DNA from: a virus
Lineage: Duplodnaviria; Caudoviricetes
IMG/VR virus record: IMGVR_UViG_3300033075_001437
Coordinates: 42,867 to 106,866 of that record
Strand: one strand, 5' to 3'
Length of the DNA stretch: 64,000 nt
Both the position numbers and the translations under genes were made by a program. Positions 20,272 to 30,715 of the stretch are shown here, piece by piece. Under the pieces are notes generated by a model. The model was not told the origin of the DNA. It did no database searches and saw nothing but the letters and a program-made list of their open reading frames with translations. Positions within the stretch are counted from its first letter, which is position 1. The number at the start of each line of letters is the position of its first letter.

Positions 20272-20494
20272 TTAAAAAATCGATGTTATAACCTAAAACT
20301 TTAAAAACGTCTTTTGCCGGAATTTTAATTACAACATTGTTTTTGCATAGCATTAACTCGTCATCGATTGCTGATGATACTATCCATGGCCCATCTGGTT
20401 TAACTTCATAATCAGGCGGTGCTGACAAATACGAAACATTCTTGGTAGTTAAAATTATAACCTGATCTAAAATTCCAATTCTATTAGTCATCAA
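20237..20494 (-). CDS. Hypothetical protein
   Basis: 85-aa ORF overlapping the recA start. Confidence 0.5.
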   Translation of the reverse strand: MMTNRIGILDQVIILTTKNVSYLSAPPDYEVKPDGPWIVSSAIDDELMLCKNNVVIKIPAKDVFKVLGYNIDFLNDFRRFRDGKE

Positions 20495-20514
20495 AATTAA
20501 AATGGAGTAAAATT

Positions 20515-21033
20515 ATGTTAGACACAAATGAAAAAACATTGGTCGAAGCTATCAAATCAATGCTAAATTCAGATGATGAAATAGGTTTAGCATTCCATAA
20601 AGATGATGAAGAAAACAGATCTGAAAGAGGTTATGAATATCTACATAACAACATCGATCAACTAGTAGAATTAAAAACAGCAGAATTAACACATGCAACA
20701 AGTATTATGGCTGGGTTCAGAAAAGTACATGATTATAAATACATTGATGACCCAACATTTAAAACAGCATTAAAAAAAGAAATGACAGCAATGGCTGTCC
20801 CAGCAGATGAAAGAGCTAAAATAGAAACTATTATAGACAAAGTCATAGATGAAGTAAAAAACGAACAAAAAGAATGGTCAGAAAAAGATAGCGGTTTTAA
20901 CCCGCACTTAGATGAAATAATAGATATGAGCAAACCAGAACAACCTATAGAATGCGAAATTATTGATAGCGATTTAAATGATGAAAATGTAGAATTTGAA
21001 CTTGGAGATGCATCGCCAGGGCATATGAACTAA
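20515..21033 (+). CDS. Hypothetical acidic protein
   Basis: GGAG RBS upstream; 172 aa. Confidence 0.65.
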   Translation: MLDTNEKTLVEAIKSMLNSDDEIGLAFHKDDEENRSERGYEYLHNNIDQLVELKTAELTHATSIMAGFRKVHDYKYIDDPTFKTALKKEMTAMAVPADERAKIETIIDKVIDEVKNEQKEWSEKDSGFNPHLDEIIDMSKPEQPIECEIIDSDLNDENVEFELGDASPGHMN

Positions 21034-21575
21034 ATTTTTGACACTATAGAAGCTAATGCTGAATTAATCTCTACAGTGGTGTTATTACATTCGACATACT
21101 TCTTAATTTGTTCTAATTCTATCTTTTTGAGCTTTATCTTATTAATTTTACGATTTAATTCATGCAATTTATTATTTATATAATCCATAAGACCAACCTT
21201 GTTAACATATGTGTCATATTCATATGAACGCTCATTATCAGGCCCCCAAGAATTGCATATTTTTGTAGAACATGCTCGGTTATCATCGTCGTCAACTATA
21301 TCATGAATAATATTGTCAGACTCATATTTCTTAATATGTTCAACATCAAGACCAACCATAAAATCTTCAGTATAACTTGCATAAAAACTGCAATTATCAC
21401 CATGCACATATAAACCGTCGCATGTAAATCTAATATAACCAAATTTATAATTATTAGTAAGTCTTATACAATTATCCTTAACCAAACACTTAATATTATT
21501 TTCAGATAAAAACCCCGCAACAGCATGAATAATATCTTTCCAAATTTCAGATTGCGCCATTACTTGGTCATGCAT
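21030..21575 (-). CDS. Hypothetical protein
   Basis: 181-aa ORF; N-terminal half weakly resembles the small paralog family. Confidence 0.55.
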   Translation of the reverse strand: MHDQVMAQSEIWKDIIHAVAGFLSENNIKCLVKDNCIRLTNNYKFGYIRFTCDGLYVHGDNCSFYASYTEDFMVGLDVEHIKKYESDNIIHDIVDDDDNRACSTKICNSWGPDNERSYEYDTYVNKVGLMDYINNKLHELNRKINKIKLKKIELEQIKKYVECNNTTVEINSALASIVSKI

Positions 21576-21578
21576 ATA

Positions 21579-22340
21579 TTAACCTATAACTATAGATCCA
21601 GAACCGTGACACTTAGCACAAACTGATTCAATACCTTTAGAAACAACAAAGCATGATCCATCGCACATTGGGCATTTGCGTAAAGAATCGTCATAACCAT
21701 TTCTAAAATCTGGCATTTGGTCGTTTTTAGATTTATCAGCCATATTTTTAAATCTATTTTGCAAAGTAGTATCATTCTCGCGTTTTGATATAGATATTCT
21801 CGTAGTACCAGTAGAATCTACTCTTTTAGTAGGTATCACTATATTCATACCAGACCTACCTTCCACATTTACAAGTTTAACCTTGCCAGAAGTGTCTATC
21901 TTATCAGTCAACTGCGATTTGCTCAATCCGCCGTTAGCTCCTCTGTAAGCAGCAGCATCGCCAGAAGCATTGATTTTAATATTGTTTTTAGCATTGTCAT
22001 AAATTTCAGATGAAACCATATCATCGTCTATTGTGACTTCTGGTTCTGGTTGTCTTTGTGGCTGTCTTATATCATCTTGTTTAGTTGGTTTAGAAACAAT
22101 CGTTAAATTGTTAGACTCGCTAATATTAAGACCATATGCTTTAGCCATTTCGAGAATCTTATCAATTTCAACCTTTTTAGCTAAGTATGCTTCTCTAACA
22201 GTTTTAACTGTGGCATCTTCAGCATGATCGTCACAAACCATGACTGTAACCTTACTATTATCATCTAGTGTTACAGTCATAGATGTATTTAAATTTTCGC
22301 TACATGTACAGAAAACGCACTTATTCATCGGAACCTCCAA
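21579..22340 (-). CDS. Zinc-finger protein with DnaJ-like CxxCxGxG C-terminus (probable start 22328)
   Basis: CVFC...CDDH at the N-terminus; CPMCDGSC...CAKCHGSG at the C-terminus. Confidence 0.55.
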   Translation of the reverse strand: MEVPMNKCVFCTCSENLNTSMTVTLDDNSKVTVMVCDDHAEDATVKTVREAYLAKKVEIDKILEMAKAYGLNISESNNLTIVSKPTKQDDIRQPQRQPEPEVTIDDDMVSSEIYDNAKNNIKINASGDAAAYRGANGGLSKSQLTDKIDTSGKVKLVNVEGRSGMNIVIPTKRVDSTGTTRISISKRENDTTLQNRFKNMADKSKNDQMPDFRNGYDDSLRKCPMCDGSCFVVSKGIESVCAKCHGSGSIVIG

Positions 22341-22736
22341 ATGACAGACAGAATATTTGTTATCGACATTGATTTAGATGATAAAGTTGAAAAAATCATA
22401 TCTAATGAAATACATGATTTATCATTAGAATCTAAAGATAAATTAAATTCAGCAATAGCAATGGCAGAATCCTTGCAAAAACTTAAGAATGATAAAGAAA
22501 AAACAAAAACAGAAAAAGAAGAATTTGTTAAGTCGATAACAGAAGAACTTATAAACGCCGGTGCGACAGGGATGCCATGCCAAACAATATATGACAAAGC
22601 TAAAACGGTTGATATAACATCGTCAGTGATAAGCACTAAAATAAAACTTTCACTGATCGAAAACCATGAAGATAAATACGAATTATGCAAAGAAACAATA
22701 AATAAAGAAAAAATATTTGTGATCAAGTCAAAATGA
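22341..22736 (+). CDS. Hypothetical protein
   Basis: 131-aa ORF filling the gap between minus-strand genes. Confidence 0.55.
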   Translation: MTDRIFVIDIDLDDKVEKIISNEIHDLSLESKDKLNSAIAMAESLQKLKNDKEKTKTEKEEFVKSITEELINAGATGMPCQTIYDKAKTVDITSSVISTKIKLSLIENHEDKYELCKETINKEKIFVIKSK

Positions 22737-23351
22737 TTATTTTGCATTTTCTAAAACATCTATAAAAACATTTAATTTATTTAAGTATACATTAAACATT
22801 GTGTCATCAAATTCGGGTAAAGAAAATACTTTATATTCTCTTCCTTTAACAATTTTACCAATTGAAGAATTATAATCGCATTCACAAAAATGATTAAAAA
22901 CAATTTTACCTACTGTAGCAATTAACACTGGCTTAACAATATTTAATTCTATTTGAATCAATGGGTTACATAATTTGATATCTTCTTTAGTTATATCGTC
23001 AGTATAACACTTCAATAAAGAAGTTTTATAATATCTATAATCTGATGCAACACCTTTGCATAAATCATTCCAATCCGGTTTTGATTTGACAATCATATAT
23101 TTAGACAATCTCATATTGCTAAACGCATGCGGATCTCTAATTTCATTTCCTATTATAATTGGCCTTGTCCCATTTTGGCACATAGAGCATGCCATACAAG
23201 TTTTTGAAACTTGTCTAAGCATTCGCAATTTACGATCATCATCTGTTTCATTCTTTGGTGTATCAAACAAAGAAATCTTTTCCAATTTTGGAATTTCAGT
23301 AGGTTGGTAATTAAACCACTCAAAATCTAATAATTCTTGTATATTTGACAT
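22737..23351 (-). CDS. Family 4 uracil-DNA glycosylase-like protein (divergent)
   Basis: CMACSMC, YKTSLLKC, CNPLIQIELNIVKPVLIATVGK; canonical GEAPG and HP motifs not seen. Confidence 0.55.
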   Translation of the reverse strand: MSNIQELLDFEWFNYQPTEIPKLEKISLFDTPKNETDDDRKLRMLRQVSKTCMACSMCQNGTRPIIIGNEIRDPHAFSNMRLSKYMIVKSKPDWNDLCKGVASDYRYYKTSLLKCYTDDITKEDIKLCNPLIQIELNIVKPVLIATVGKIVFNHFCECDYNSSIGKIVKGREYKVFSLPEFDDTMFNVYLNKLNVFIDVLENAK

Positions 23352-23352
23352 A

Positions 23353-24300
23353 TTATAATTTTATGGTTCTCATTATTTTACCATCTATTGAATATCTAAA
23401 AGCATGCAAAATAGCCGAACCAACATCTATTGACATGTTACTTGAGCTAGTGGCTCCTATGTTTGTTATACCTATTTTATCATAATTAATCTGAGGAGCA
23501 CCTATTGGCCATGCGTCTTTTATGTATGTCCCATCTAAAATATCAAACTTCTTAATGAAAGGCATTAATATAACGCCAGGATTATCTATCTCGCCGACGA
23601 AATAAAACAAATACCTTTTAGGTGCTATACACGAAACCTTAAAAAATGGTATAGCAGCGTCGGCAACCATTACCTGATTAGCACCTTCAAAATCTAATTC
23701 TTCTGTTGCTAAATGGACATAACTAACATCTACCGATTTATATATTTTATTAATTCCCAGCAATTTTGACAAATATGTAGCTGGGATAGTGGAAACTATA
23801 TTATCATAATCAAACCTTTTGTTATTAGCTGTGAAATACCTTTCAGACATATTTATTACTTTTGGTAAACCATCGCTCCAGCTTTTTAAATCTTCACGAT
23901 ATTCATTAACTAAAGATTCATATATCTTATTTAACCTTGCATTATAAATAGCAAACGTCATTTTAGTAGATATCTGTCTATCAACACTATCATCATATTG
24001 GCCGAACACTTTATTGTGCCACTGTTTAGCTAGGTCCTCATTATACTCACTTATAAGTTGCCCATTTATAGACCACGATTTTTTATAAAAAAGAATATTA
24101 TTGCTAGAAAGCGGTTTATCAGCTTCATTTAAGTTTTTGACAAATTCATCTAATCTTTCATCTCTTATTATAAAATTATCTGATAACGCTGGGTTATAAC
24201 TAAAGTACCTGCTATTTCCAAATGGTACTATTTTCCATTTATCGCCAAGTATTTTACGGGTTAATAAAGCTATAATACCAGATCCGAATATATAATTCAT
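23353..24300 (-). CDS. FAD-binding oxidoreductase-like fold (divergent)
   Basis: N-terminal YIFGSGIIAL, YDNIVSTIP, IPFFKVS. Confidence 0.4.
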   Translation of the reverse strand: MNYIFGSGIIALLTRKILGDKWKIVPFGNSRYFSYNPALSDNFIIRDERLDEFVKNLNEADKPLSSNNILFYKKSWSINGQLISEYNEDLAKQWHNKVFGQYDDSVDRQISTKMTFAIYNARLNKIYESLVNEYREDLKSWSDGLPKVINMSERYFTANNKRFDYDNIVSTIPATYLSKLLGINKIYKSVDVSYVHLATEELDFEGANQVMVADAAIPFFKVSCIAPKRYLFYFVGEIDNPGVILMPFIKKFDILDGTYIKDAWPIGAPQINYDKIGITNIGATSSSNMSIDVGSAILHAFRYSIDGKIMRTIKL

Positions 24301-24776
24301 AATTCTTCAATTTTTATGTTAGTGTTCTTTTTACTTTCTTTAATATTTACAACATTTATTATAAAATCGTCTAGGTCATTCTCAAAATCATCTAGATTTT
24401 CGATCTTATCATTATTAATATTAGAATTTGGAAATTTAATTGGAACAAATGGGTCTTTGAAAGCAAAACATTCGCAACTAATATTTAAAACTTCAAATGG
24501 ATAACTTTGAAAGTCAACATTAACTTCTAACAATTTACCGCATTTATTGCATGTCGCTAATATAGAAGTTGGAACTATCAACCTTCCTAACGAGTCATAA
24601 CAACCACTTATAATAGATGCTGAAAAGTTAGCTGGTCTTGCTAATATTTCCTCGTCATTTAATTTAATCTTTATTAAATCGTATGGATTATAATTTATTT
24701 TGTTTTTCATGTTCTTTTGAATGTAGATATAGCCCAATCGGCTATTAAATCTCGGAGAAACTGCTCGTCTGTCCAA
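24297..24776 (-). CDS. Hypothetical zinc-binding protein (probable start 24710)
   Basis: CNKCG...CEC. Confidence 0.5.
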   Translation of the reverse strand: MDRRAVSPRFNSRLGYIYIQKNMKNKINYNPYDLIKIKLNDEEILARPANFSASIISGCYDSLGRLIVPTSILATCNKCGKLLEVNVDFQSYPFEVLNISCECFAFKDPFVPIKFPNSNINNDKIENLDDFENDLDDFIINVVNIKESKKNTNIKIEEL

Positions 24777-24967
24777 CTCATAAGACTACAGGCACTTGCA
24801 AGATTTAGCTTATCAATTGCTCTTCTAACCTTATCTGGTATAAACAATGCTTCAATAAGGTTATTCTTTATTTCGCTTATTTCACAAGATTCCAAAACAT
24901 TATTACAAAAAGAACATCCATTTGGTTCGATTGTAGACCCACATAGTTTACAATTAGCCGCATTCAT
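24707..24967 (-). CDS. Hypothetical zinc-finger protein
   Basis: CKLCG...CSFC. Confidence 0.55.
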   Translation of the reverse strand: MNAANCKLCGSTIEPNGCSFCNNVLESCEISEIKNNLIEALFIPDKVRRAIDKLNLASACSLMSWTDEQFLRDLIADWAISTFKRT

Positions 24968-25007
24968 TTTTAATTTCTAAAAAAGCGTTTAAAATAGTAA
25001 ATACGAT

Positions 25008-25217
25008 ATGATAAATTTAAATGAAGTGACAAATAGAATAAAAGCCGCTGGAAGAAAAAACGTCCGTCTAATAGTAATGGATGGGCAAGATATAGCAACT
25101 GGCGACTATAAAATTGAAGTGTTCGATGGTCAATGGATAACTATCGCAGAAGGTGTTAAGAAAAACATCGCTGAATCAATGATAACCCAAGCACTAAACA
25201 AAATAATTCTCGGTTAG
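25008..25217 (+). CDS. Hypothetical protein
   Basis: 69-aa ORF paired with the next gene. Confidence 0.55.
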   Translation: MINLNEVTNRIKAAGRKNVRLIVMDGQDIATGDYKIEVFDGQWITIAEGVKKNIAESMITQALNKIILG

Positions 25218-25220
25218 ACA

Positions 25221-25523
25221 ATGATAAAATCAGCATTAGATTTATCAAAATATAATATTGGCGATAAGGTATACTACATAGCAAACGAATCTAAACTGAT
25301 ACAATCACGTATAACCATGAAAGTATCATCTCCAAAGTTAATAATAAAATCGTCGATTATAGCAAATAAAACAAGAATAGAAGGAAGATATTATTACGAT
25401 ATAAATGAAGACCTTTGGATAGACCAAAAAGACATATTTGAAACAATACAAGGTGCTAAACACCATGTAGAAAAAGTGCTAAAAACAATATTAAAGAATA
25501 TCAAACAACAGTTGAATTACTAA
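25221..25523 (+). CDS. Hypothetical protein
   Basis: KYNIGDKVYY N-terminus. Confidence 0.55.
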   Translation: MIKSALDLSKYNIGDKVYYIANESKLIQSRITMKVSSPKLIIKSSIIANKTRIEGRYYYDINEDLWIDQKDIFETIQGAKHHVEKVLKTILKNIKQQLNY

Positions 25524-25995
25524 GCAAAGCTTTGAACTCAATATATTTAGTTTTAAGCCTATCAAATTCTAAATCACAGATATTTATACTTAAGTAATTA
25601 GTATCAGACAACACATTTGGTATATTAACAAAAGAATTAGACCCGCACTCACATAATTTATTGTTATACTGTTTATCGCATCGCTTACAAACTACCTTAA
25701 GACCTTCCGAAGACACGTTAACTTTAGCTATAGAAACAGAAAAATAATTTGACACAATAGGCTTCCCAGTTATCTCACATATCAATTTACCACTGCTATT
25801 CTTATTATTATTTAATATAGAAACAAGCATATTTTCAACACATTTGCTACATACATCCAATGAAAATATCTTATCCGATTGCGTATTAAATTTAAAATCA
25901 ACTTCTTTAAAATCAAAAGAATAGTATATAAAATTATCTCTATAAACAGAACCACATTGGTCGCATGATATAGCAATAGCATTTTTAATTTGCAT
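25501..25995 (-). CDS. Cys-rich zinc-binding protein
   Basis: CDQC, CSKC, CKRC, CECG. Confidence 0.55.
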   Translation of the reverse strand: MQIKNAIAISCDQCGSVYRDNFIYYSFDFKEVDFKFNTQSDKIFSLDVCSKCVENMLVSILNNNKNSSGKLICEITGKPIVSNYFSVSIAKVNVSSEGLKVVCKRCDKQYNNKLCECGSNSFVNIPNVLSDTNYLSINICDLEFDRLKTKYIEFKALLSNSTVV

Positions 25996-25998
25996 GTT

Positions 25999-27594
25999 TT
26001 ACCTTCTCTTTGGAACTCTTATAATTACTTCATTTCTTAATAAACTAAAAGAATTTCTCTTTTCATCATATTTAACCATCATTCTAACACAATTTCCAAC
26101 AGCTAGAGCTGTGCTTATCTTTAAATTAGAATTCATTTCTTTTTCCCATATAAAGACAGTAGCCGATTCAACACCATCAAAAACATTAAGCCTCATATAT
26201 GAAGTTTCAGATTTAGTTTTAGCAGATGTTATCTCTGTTATAATGACCTCAATATCAGCTGCTTTCTCATGTTCACATATTTCTATAGCACTTCTAATAG
26301 ATAGACTATTGTGTTGATAAACATCCATAGGTGAATGAATATAGTAACCTAAAAACTCTTTCTCAAAATTTAATAATTCTTCTAAAGTATAATCTTCTTC
26401 CTCCTCAAAAACCCGCATTAGTTTATCAAAACTTTCATCTGGTTCAGGTTTAAAATTCGCTAATTTGTTTGGTATCTTATTCCTTTTAGGATAAATTGAT
26501 TTATATTCTGCTATTAATTCTTTAGATTTCTGCGATATTTTATCATCTGTCCAGCCATCAAGCAACAAAAGCTTTTTCTTTACTTCTTTAGCATGTTCAT
26601 AAGAAGTATATTTATATTGATAATAATTCCAAAGAGCCTTTGAATGGCCATGTTTCGGGATATGCTTAAAAGCACCTAGCTTTATAAATCTTTCTAGAAC
26701 CTTTTTATCCTTTTTATCATCAGCGACAAATTCATCTAAAGTTTTATAATCTCCCTTACCAGCAAATTTTTGTGCAGCTACCTCACCTATGCCTTTAACA
26801 CCAATTAACCCCTGGTTAATAACACTGCCTGTAACAGTATATTTATTTGTAAGATTATTGATATTAACAATTCCTAAATCTAGCTTATCATCGTTTTTAT
26901 AACGGCCCAATTTTGTTATATCTGTTGGAACCCACCCCTCATTGCGTGCTGTTTGAATATATCTTTCTAATTTATCTGGATGGCATGAACTCATAACAGC
27001 CGCCCAATACTCTGGTGCAAAATGAGCCTTTAACCATAATGTTCTATACGCAACTAAACAATATGAAACAGAATGTGAAGCGTTAAAAGCATATCTAGCA
27101 AATCCTGACATCATATCCCACCATCTTAAAGCTTCACTTTCTCCAATGGTTTTAGTAGCACCTTCAATCCACTTACTTTTAACAGCTTTGAGTTGTTCTC
27201 CCCATTTCTTAGCAACAGCTTTCCTTGCATTTTGCGCCTCCGTAGAAGAAAACCCTCCAAACGATTGCCACATAGCAGCAAGTTGCTCTTGATAAACAAG
27301 ATAACCATATGTCTTGTTTAATATTTTAAGCATTCTATCATTCAATTTAGTCTTCCATATCTGATTCTTATCATCTCTATTAGCTATAATTTCAGGTATA
27401 AAATCGATAGGACCAGGATGCCCACAAGCATTCAATATCATTAAATCGTAAAAATTATTAACACCATGCTTTAGAATAGAATTATGGACAACCAACCCGT
27501 CTATTACAAAATTACCTTCTGATAAACCATTTGCAAAATTATGTATATCATATGTCTTTGCTTTGTGATGCTTTTTTATGCTTTTGATCTTCAT
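25999..27594 (-). CDS. dnaE: DNA polymerase III alpha piece 5: split-intein C-half (38 aa) plus fingers/HhH/OB region
   Basis: MKIKSIKK...TYDI...NFVIDGLVVHN then S; HPGP, TYGYLVYQEQ, GFARYAFNASHSVSY, WLKAHF, GVKGIG, FEKEFLGYYIHSP, OB-like end. Confidence 0.93.
   Translation of the reverse strand: MKIKSIKKHHKAKTYDIHNFANGLSEGNFVIDGLVVHNSILKHGVNNFYDLMILNACGHPGPIDFIPEIIANRDDKNQIWKTKLNDRMLKILNKTYGYLVYQEQLAAMWQSFGGFSSTEAQNARKAVAKKWGEQLKAVKSKWIEGATKTIGESEALRWWDMMSGFARYAFNASHSVSYCLVAYRTLWLKAHFAPEYWAAVMSSCHPDKLERYIQTARNEGWVPTDITKLGRYKNDDKLDLGIVNINNLTNKYTVTGSVINQGLIGVKGIGEVAAQKFAGKGDYKTLDEFVADDKKDKKVLERFIKLGAFKHIPKHGHSKALWNYYQYKYTSYEHAKEVKKKLLLLDGWTDDKISQKSKELIAEYKSIYPKRNKIPNKLANFKPEPDESFDKLMRVFEEEEDYTLEELLNFEKEFLGYYIHSPMDVYQHNSLSIRSAIEICEHEKAADIEVIITEITSAKTKSETSYMRLNVFDGVESATVFIWEKEMNSNLKISTALAVGNCVRMMVKYDEKRNSFSLLRNEVIIRVPKRR
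27481..27594 (-). mobile_element. Split intein C-half (pair B)
   Basis: Basic N-terminus, block F TYDI, block G VHN, followed by Ser +1 at 27478-27480. Confidence 0.9.
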
Positions 27595-27596
27595 AC

Positions 27597-27917
27597 TTAC
27601 GATAATACGTCATAAGGAGTTTTCGACATATCAAGTATATTATTAACTACAAACTCAACATCAAAATTTTCATCTATATTAAAAATTATAGCATGTCTAA
27701 GCGGTGGTTTAATAGATACTTCTTTATTAGTCACCACAACTGTGCAACGATATAAATAATCGCAATAAATCATAATACGACGAGGAATCAACGGATTTCC
27801 TTTCACATTTATATTCACATTCTCAGCCATAAGCCTACGTATTATATTGCCCAATATGCATGAAGAAATATCATCTCCTAACCATGGAGGAAGATGGCCA
27901 TTACGCTCAAACTTCAT
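27597..27917 (-). CDS. Small paralogous-family protein
   Basis: FNIDENFDVEFVV C-terminal motif, similar to the neighbouring gene. Confidence 0.55.
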   Translation of the reverse strand: MKFERNGHLPPWLGDDISSCILGNIIRRLMAENVNINVKGNPLIPRRIMIYCDYLYRCTVVVTNKEVSIKPPLRHAIIFNIDENFDVEFVVNNILDMSKTPYDVLS

Positions 27918-28173
27918 TATAATACACCATTATATATTGCACAATTAACGAAACATCAAAATTATCATCTATATCAAAACAAACATCAAAATTGTCACTT
28001 GGCAATATAAAAGATTTTGACAAATATATCGCTTGGCGATCAATTTTAAGAACACATTTGAATCTTTGATAATAATAGATAGAAACACGATATTTTAAAA
28101 AATGTCTAATTATACTAATACCATCAAAGCTCACAATTTCTTGCACTACAGTATCTAATATATCGTCGATCAT
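27907..28173 (-). CDS. Small paralogous-family protein
   Basis: MIDDILDTVVQEI...FDIDDNFDVSLIV. Confidence 0.55.
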   Translation of the reverse strand: MIDDILDTVVQEIVSFDGISIIRHFLKYRVSIYYYQRFKCVLKIDRQAIYLSKSFILPSDNFDVCFDIDDNFDVSLIVQYIMVYYNEV

Positions 28174-28640
28174 GCAAATGTCTTATAAATCTTAGAATCT
28201 TTAACTTCTGGAAACATTTCAGCAGCAAAAGCAAGATACTCACTAGCTTGACAATGCTGTGAAAGTTCATCCCATAAAAGGCCATAAGCAGGGCGTTGCG
28301 AGTTTGCAGGACAACCTTCGCGTTTCTCATACTCGCAAATAGCTGCTATTATTTTACGACAGCCCTCACAAAACTGGATATCAAAGCTTTCTCCATAATC
28401 ATGATCACACTCCGCATCTAAATCATAACAAATTTCACATGTTTCACGTTCACGCATAAACACTTTAGTTCTTGGCTCATTCTCTTCAATAATTGACCCA
28501 CACTCACCGCATGTGCATTTATCGCCGTTAGACAATAAATCTTCTTTAATAATTTCTGCAAACCAATCTGGATCATAATCAAAGCACATATCTATATCCT
28601 TAAGCGGGTTTTCTTCCAGGTTCAGAATTCCAATTGGCAA
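28170..28640 (-). CDS. Cys-rich zinc-finger protein (probable start MCFDYD)
   Basis: CGECG, CEIC, CEGC. Confidence 0.55.
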   Translation of the reverse strand: MPIGILNLEENPLKDIDMCFDYDPDWFAEIIKEDLLSNGDKCTCGECGSIIEENEPRTKVFMRERETCEICYDLDAECDHDYGESFDIQFCEGCRKIIAAICEYEKREGCPANSQRPAYGLLWDELSQHCQASEYLAFAAEMFPEVKDSKIYKTFA

Positions 28641-29160
28641 ACTTTATAAATTCTTTCCTCTTATTAATAACAACAATGTTTGAATCTTTATAATGGAATT
28701 GTATAGTATCTAACCAACCAACCCTGTCTAACGTCAATAGCAACTCTGACAACATATGATGAACAGTTGGAACAGTGCCAGTATCGCCTAAACTATCATG
28801 AAATAACATTTTATCGCAACTAGTTAAGAATTTGGCCCATTTCAATCTATGGTCGCCTAAACCATCTATAAACAATACATCACATGTTGGTATTGTATCT
28901 GGAACTTCATATATCATTTTAAGATCTGGTTTGCATGATTTATCTATAAGGTCTAACCTACCTTTAGTTTTATCAAACCATTTCTGATCTGTCTCATATG
29001 ATGTAAACTCTTTAGCTATCTGAGATATTAGTAATGTTGAACCACCCATACCAAACTCAACAACTGATTTACCTAAGCACAACTCATATAATACAACTAC
29101 ATCAGATCTACTAATATCACCCTGGATTTCAACTGTTTGTGGATTGAACATATAACTCAT
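28600..29160 (-). CDS. Class I SAM-dependent methyltransferase
   Basis: VVEFGMGGSTL, SYETDQKW, DVLFIDG, LFHD. Confidence 0.7.
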   Translation of the reverse strand: MSYMFNPQTVEIQGDISRSDVVVLYELCLGKSVVEFGMGGSTLLISQIAKEFTSYETDQKWFDKTKGRLDLIDKSCKPDLKMIYEVPDTIPTCDVLFIDGLGDHRLKWAKFLTSCDKMLFHDSLGDTGTVPTVHHMLSELLLTLDRVGWLDTIQFHYKDSNIVVINKRKEFIKFANWNSEPGRKPA

Positions 29161-29785
29161 GTTTTCTCATGTTACAATGTTTTATCATTTCATCTTTATC
29201 ATTATGATCAGGATTTTGTTCTAACCATAGTGATAAATACGCATCATACCAATTCCAAATTTCAACACCATCACGCCAAATACTTTTGCAAGAAAAAACT
29301 GATGCATAATTTGTCTCTTCAGGTAAATCAGTTTTAGTTCTAAATGAAAATTCGCTACAATTATCAGAATACAATTCTGTAATAGCATATCTTTTCCATT
29401 TAGTTAAATATTGAATCCCACTAAATGTATATGTTTTAGTCTCATCACAAAGCCATTCATCGCCGACTTCGATCAACGATTTCAATCTATAATTAATCAA
29501 ATCGCTAAAATCAGCTTCAATTAATGCTTCTTGCCAAAGTTTATACTCTTCATTTATGTCGTCTTCTGACAATTGCAACCTACTAGCAGCATCTCTTATT
29601 TTACCAATAAATTCCGAATCTCCTCTTTTTATAATATTACAAAAATCTTTAAAATCAATACAACGCCAAAATGTGTCAATATACACTTTGCGGGCGATTA
29701 CAAAATTCAATCCAATACTATTGGCTAATTCACGCCATTGCTGATTTTTTATAATTGAAATTTTAATATATGGTTCAGTTTTCAT
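29129..29785 (-). CDS. Hypothetical protein
   Basis: 218-aa ORF in a co-oriented run. Confidence 0.6.
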   Translation of the reverse strand: MKTEPYIKISIIKNQQWRELANSIGLNFVIARKVYIDTFWRCIDFKDFCNIIKRGDSEFIGKIRDAASRLQLSEDDINEEYKLWQEALIEADFSDLINYRLKSLIEVGDEWLCDETKTYTFSGIQYLTKWKRYAITELYSDNCSEFSFRTKTDLPEETNYASVFSCKSIWRDGVEIWNWYDAYLSLWLEQNPDHNDKDEMIKHCNMRKHELYVQSTNS

Positions 29786-29808
29786 GTAAATCTGTTACCA
29801 AAGCATAT

Positions 29809-30033
29809 TTAAAAATAAACTAAACAATCATATATCATTTTATCTACATCAAGATCGCAATAATTAATTTTCAATACACCATTGTCATTTAAAATAGATA
29901 AATAATCATCGCGTATTTGTATTATACAAATATTAAACCCACATTTATATACATATATATTTAATCCTGAAATTATGATTTCACATTTATTTAATTTAAA
30001 TCCAAACGATATAATATTTATTAAATCTTCCAT
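29809..30033 (-). CDS. Small paralogous-family protein
   Basis: MEDLINIIS...KINYCDLDVDKMI. Confidence 0.55.
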   Translation of the reverse strand: MEDLINIISFGFKLNKCEIIISGLNIYVYKCGFNICIIQIRDDYLSILNDNGVLKINYCDLDVDKMIYDCLVYF

Positions 30034-30266
30034 GTCATTACATCTAATATCAAACTGTCAATGTCAAGATCACTATAATTAATATAAGTAGTATGACTCT
30101 TTGTAGTCAATGCTAAAAAATTATTGTGTACACTTATAACTCCAACGGAATAAAAATCATCTTTAAACACATATATATCATTTCCGCCAGATACACGCAC
30201 TTTGCAGCCATTTCTATCTAATCTTGATAAAATTAAATCAGTTATTTCATCGACAATTGGTATCAT
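30021..30266 (-). CDS. Small paralogous-family protein
   Basis: DEITDLILSRL...YINYSDLDIDSLI. Confidence 0.55.
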   Translation of the reverse strand: MIPIVDEITDLILSRLDRNGCKVRVSGGNDIYVFKDDFYSVGVISVHNNFLALTTKSHTTYINYSDLDIDSLILDVMTWKI

Positions 30267-30715
30267 TGAAAAACCTTATGATGAAAACTCATAGCGTATG
30301 CGGCAGAATCTGTATCTTCATAAGTATTATATAAAATAGAAAAAGCCTTGAAACCAACAGCTTTAAAAAATAATTGTGCGCCTAAGTTAGTTTCTACAAC
30401 ATTTAAATATATATTATCACGGTTTCCAGTTAATAATTTATCAACTAATTTTTTAATTAGCTTAGCGCCAAACCCACGCCTTCTAAAATCAGGATGTATA
30501 GCCAAATTTTTTAAATAATATTCAGACTTACGTAATTTATAAACCATATAACCTATGACAATATTATCACACTCGATAACCATACCAAGTGTTTTACGTT
30601 GTCTTAAAAAATAAATGAAATCCTGTTCTGTCCATGGATTTTCAAAACTCGCTTTTTCTATTTTTAAGACATCTGGTAGATCAGAACGAGCTATCCATCT
30701 AATTGTCATAGCCAC
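30263..30715 (-). CDS. rimI: RimI-like GNAT acetyltransferase
   Basis: IEKASFENPW, NLAIHPDFRRRGFG, VVETNLGAQLFFKAVGF, YEDTDSAAYAM. Confidence 0.8.
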   Translation of the reverse strand: MAMTIRWIARSDLPDVLKIEKASFENPWTEQDFIYFLRQRKTLGMVIECDNIVIGYMVYKLRKSEYYLKNLAIHPDFRRRGFGAKLIKKLVDKLLTGNRDNIYLNVVETNLGAQLFFKAVGFKAFSILYNTYEDTDSAAYAMSFHHKVFQ

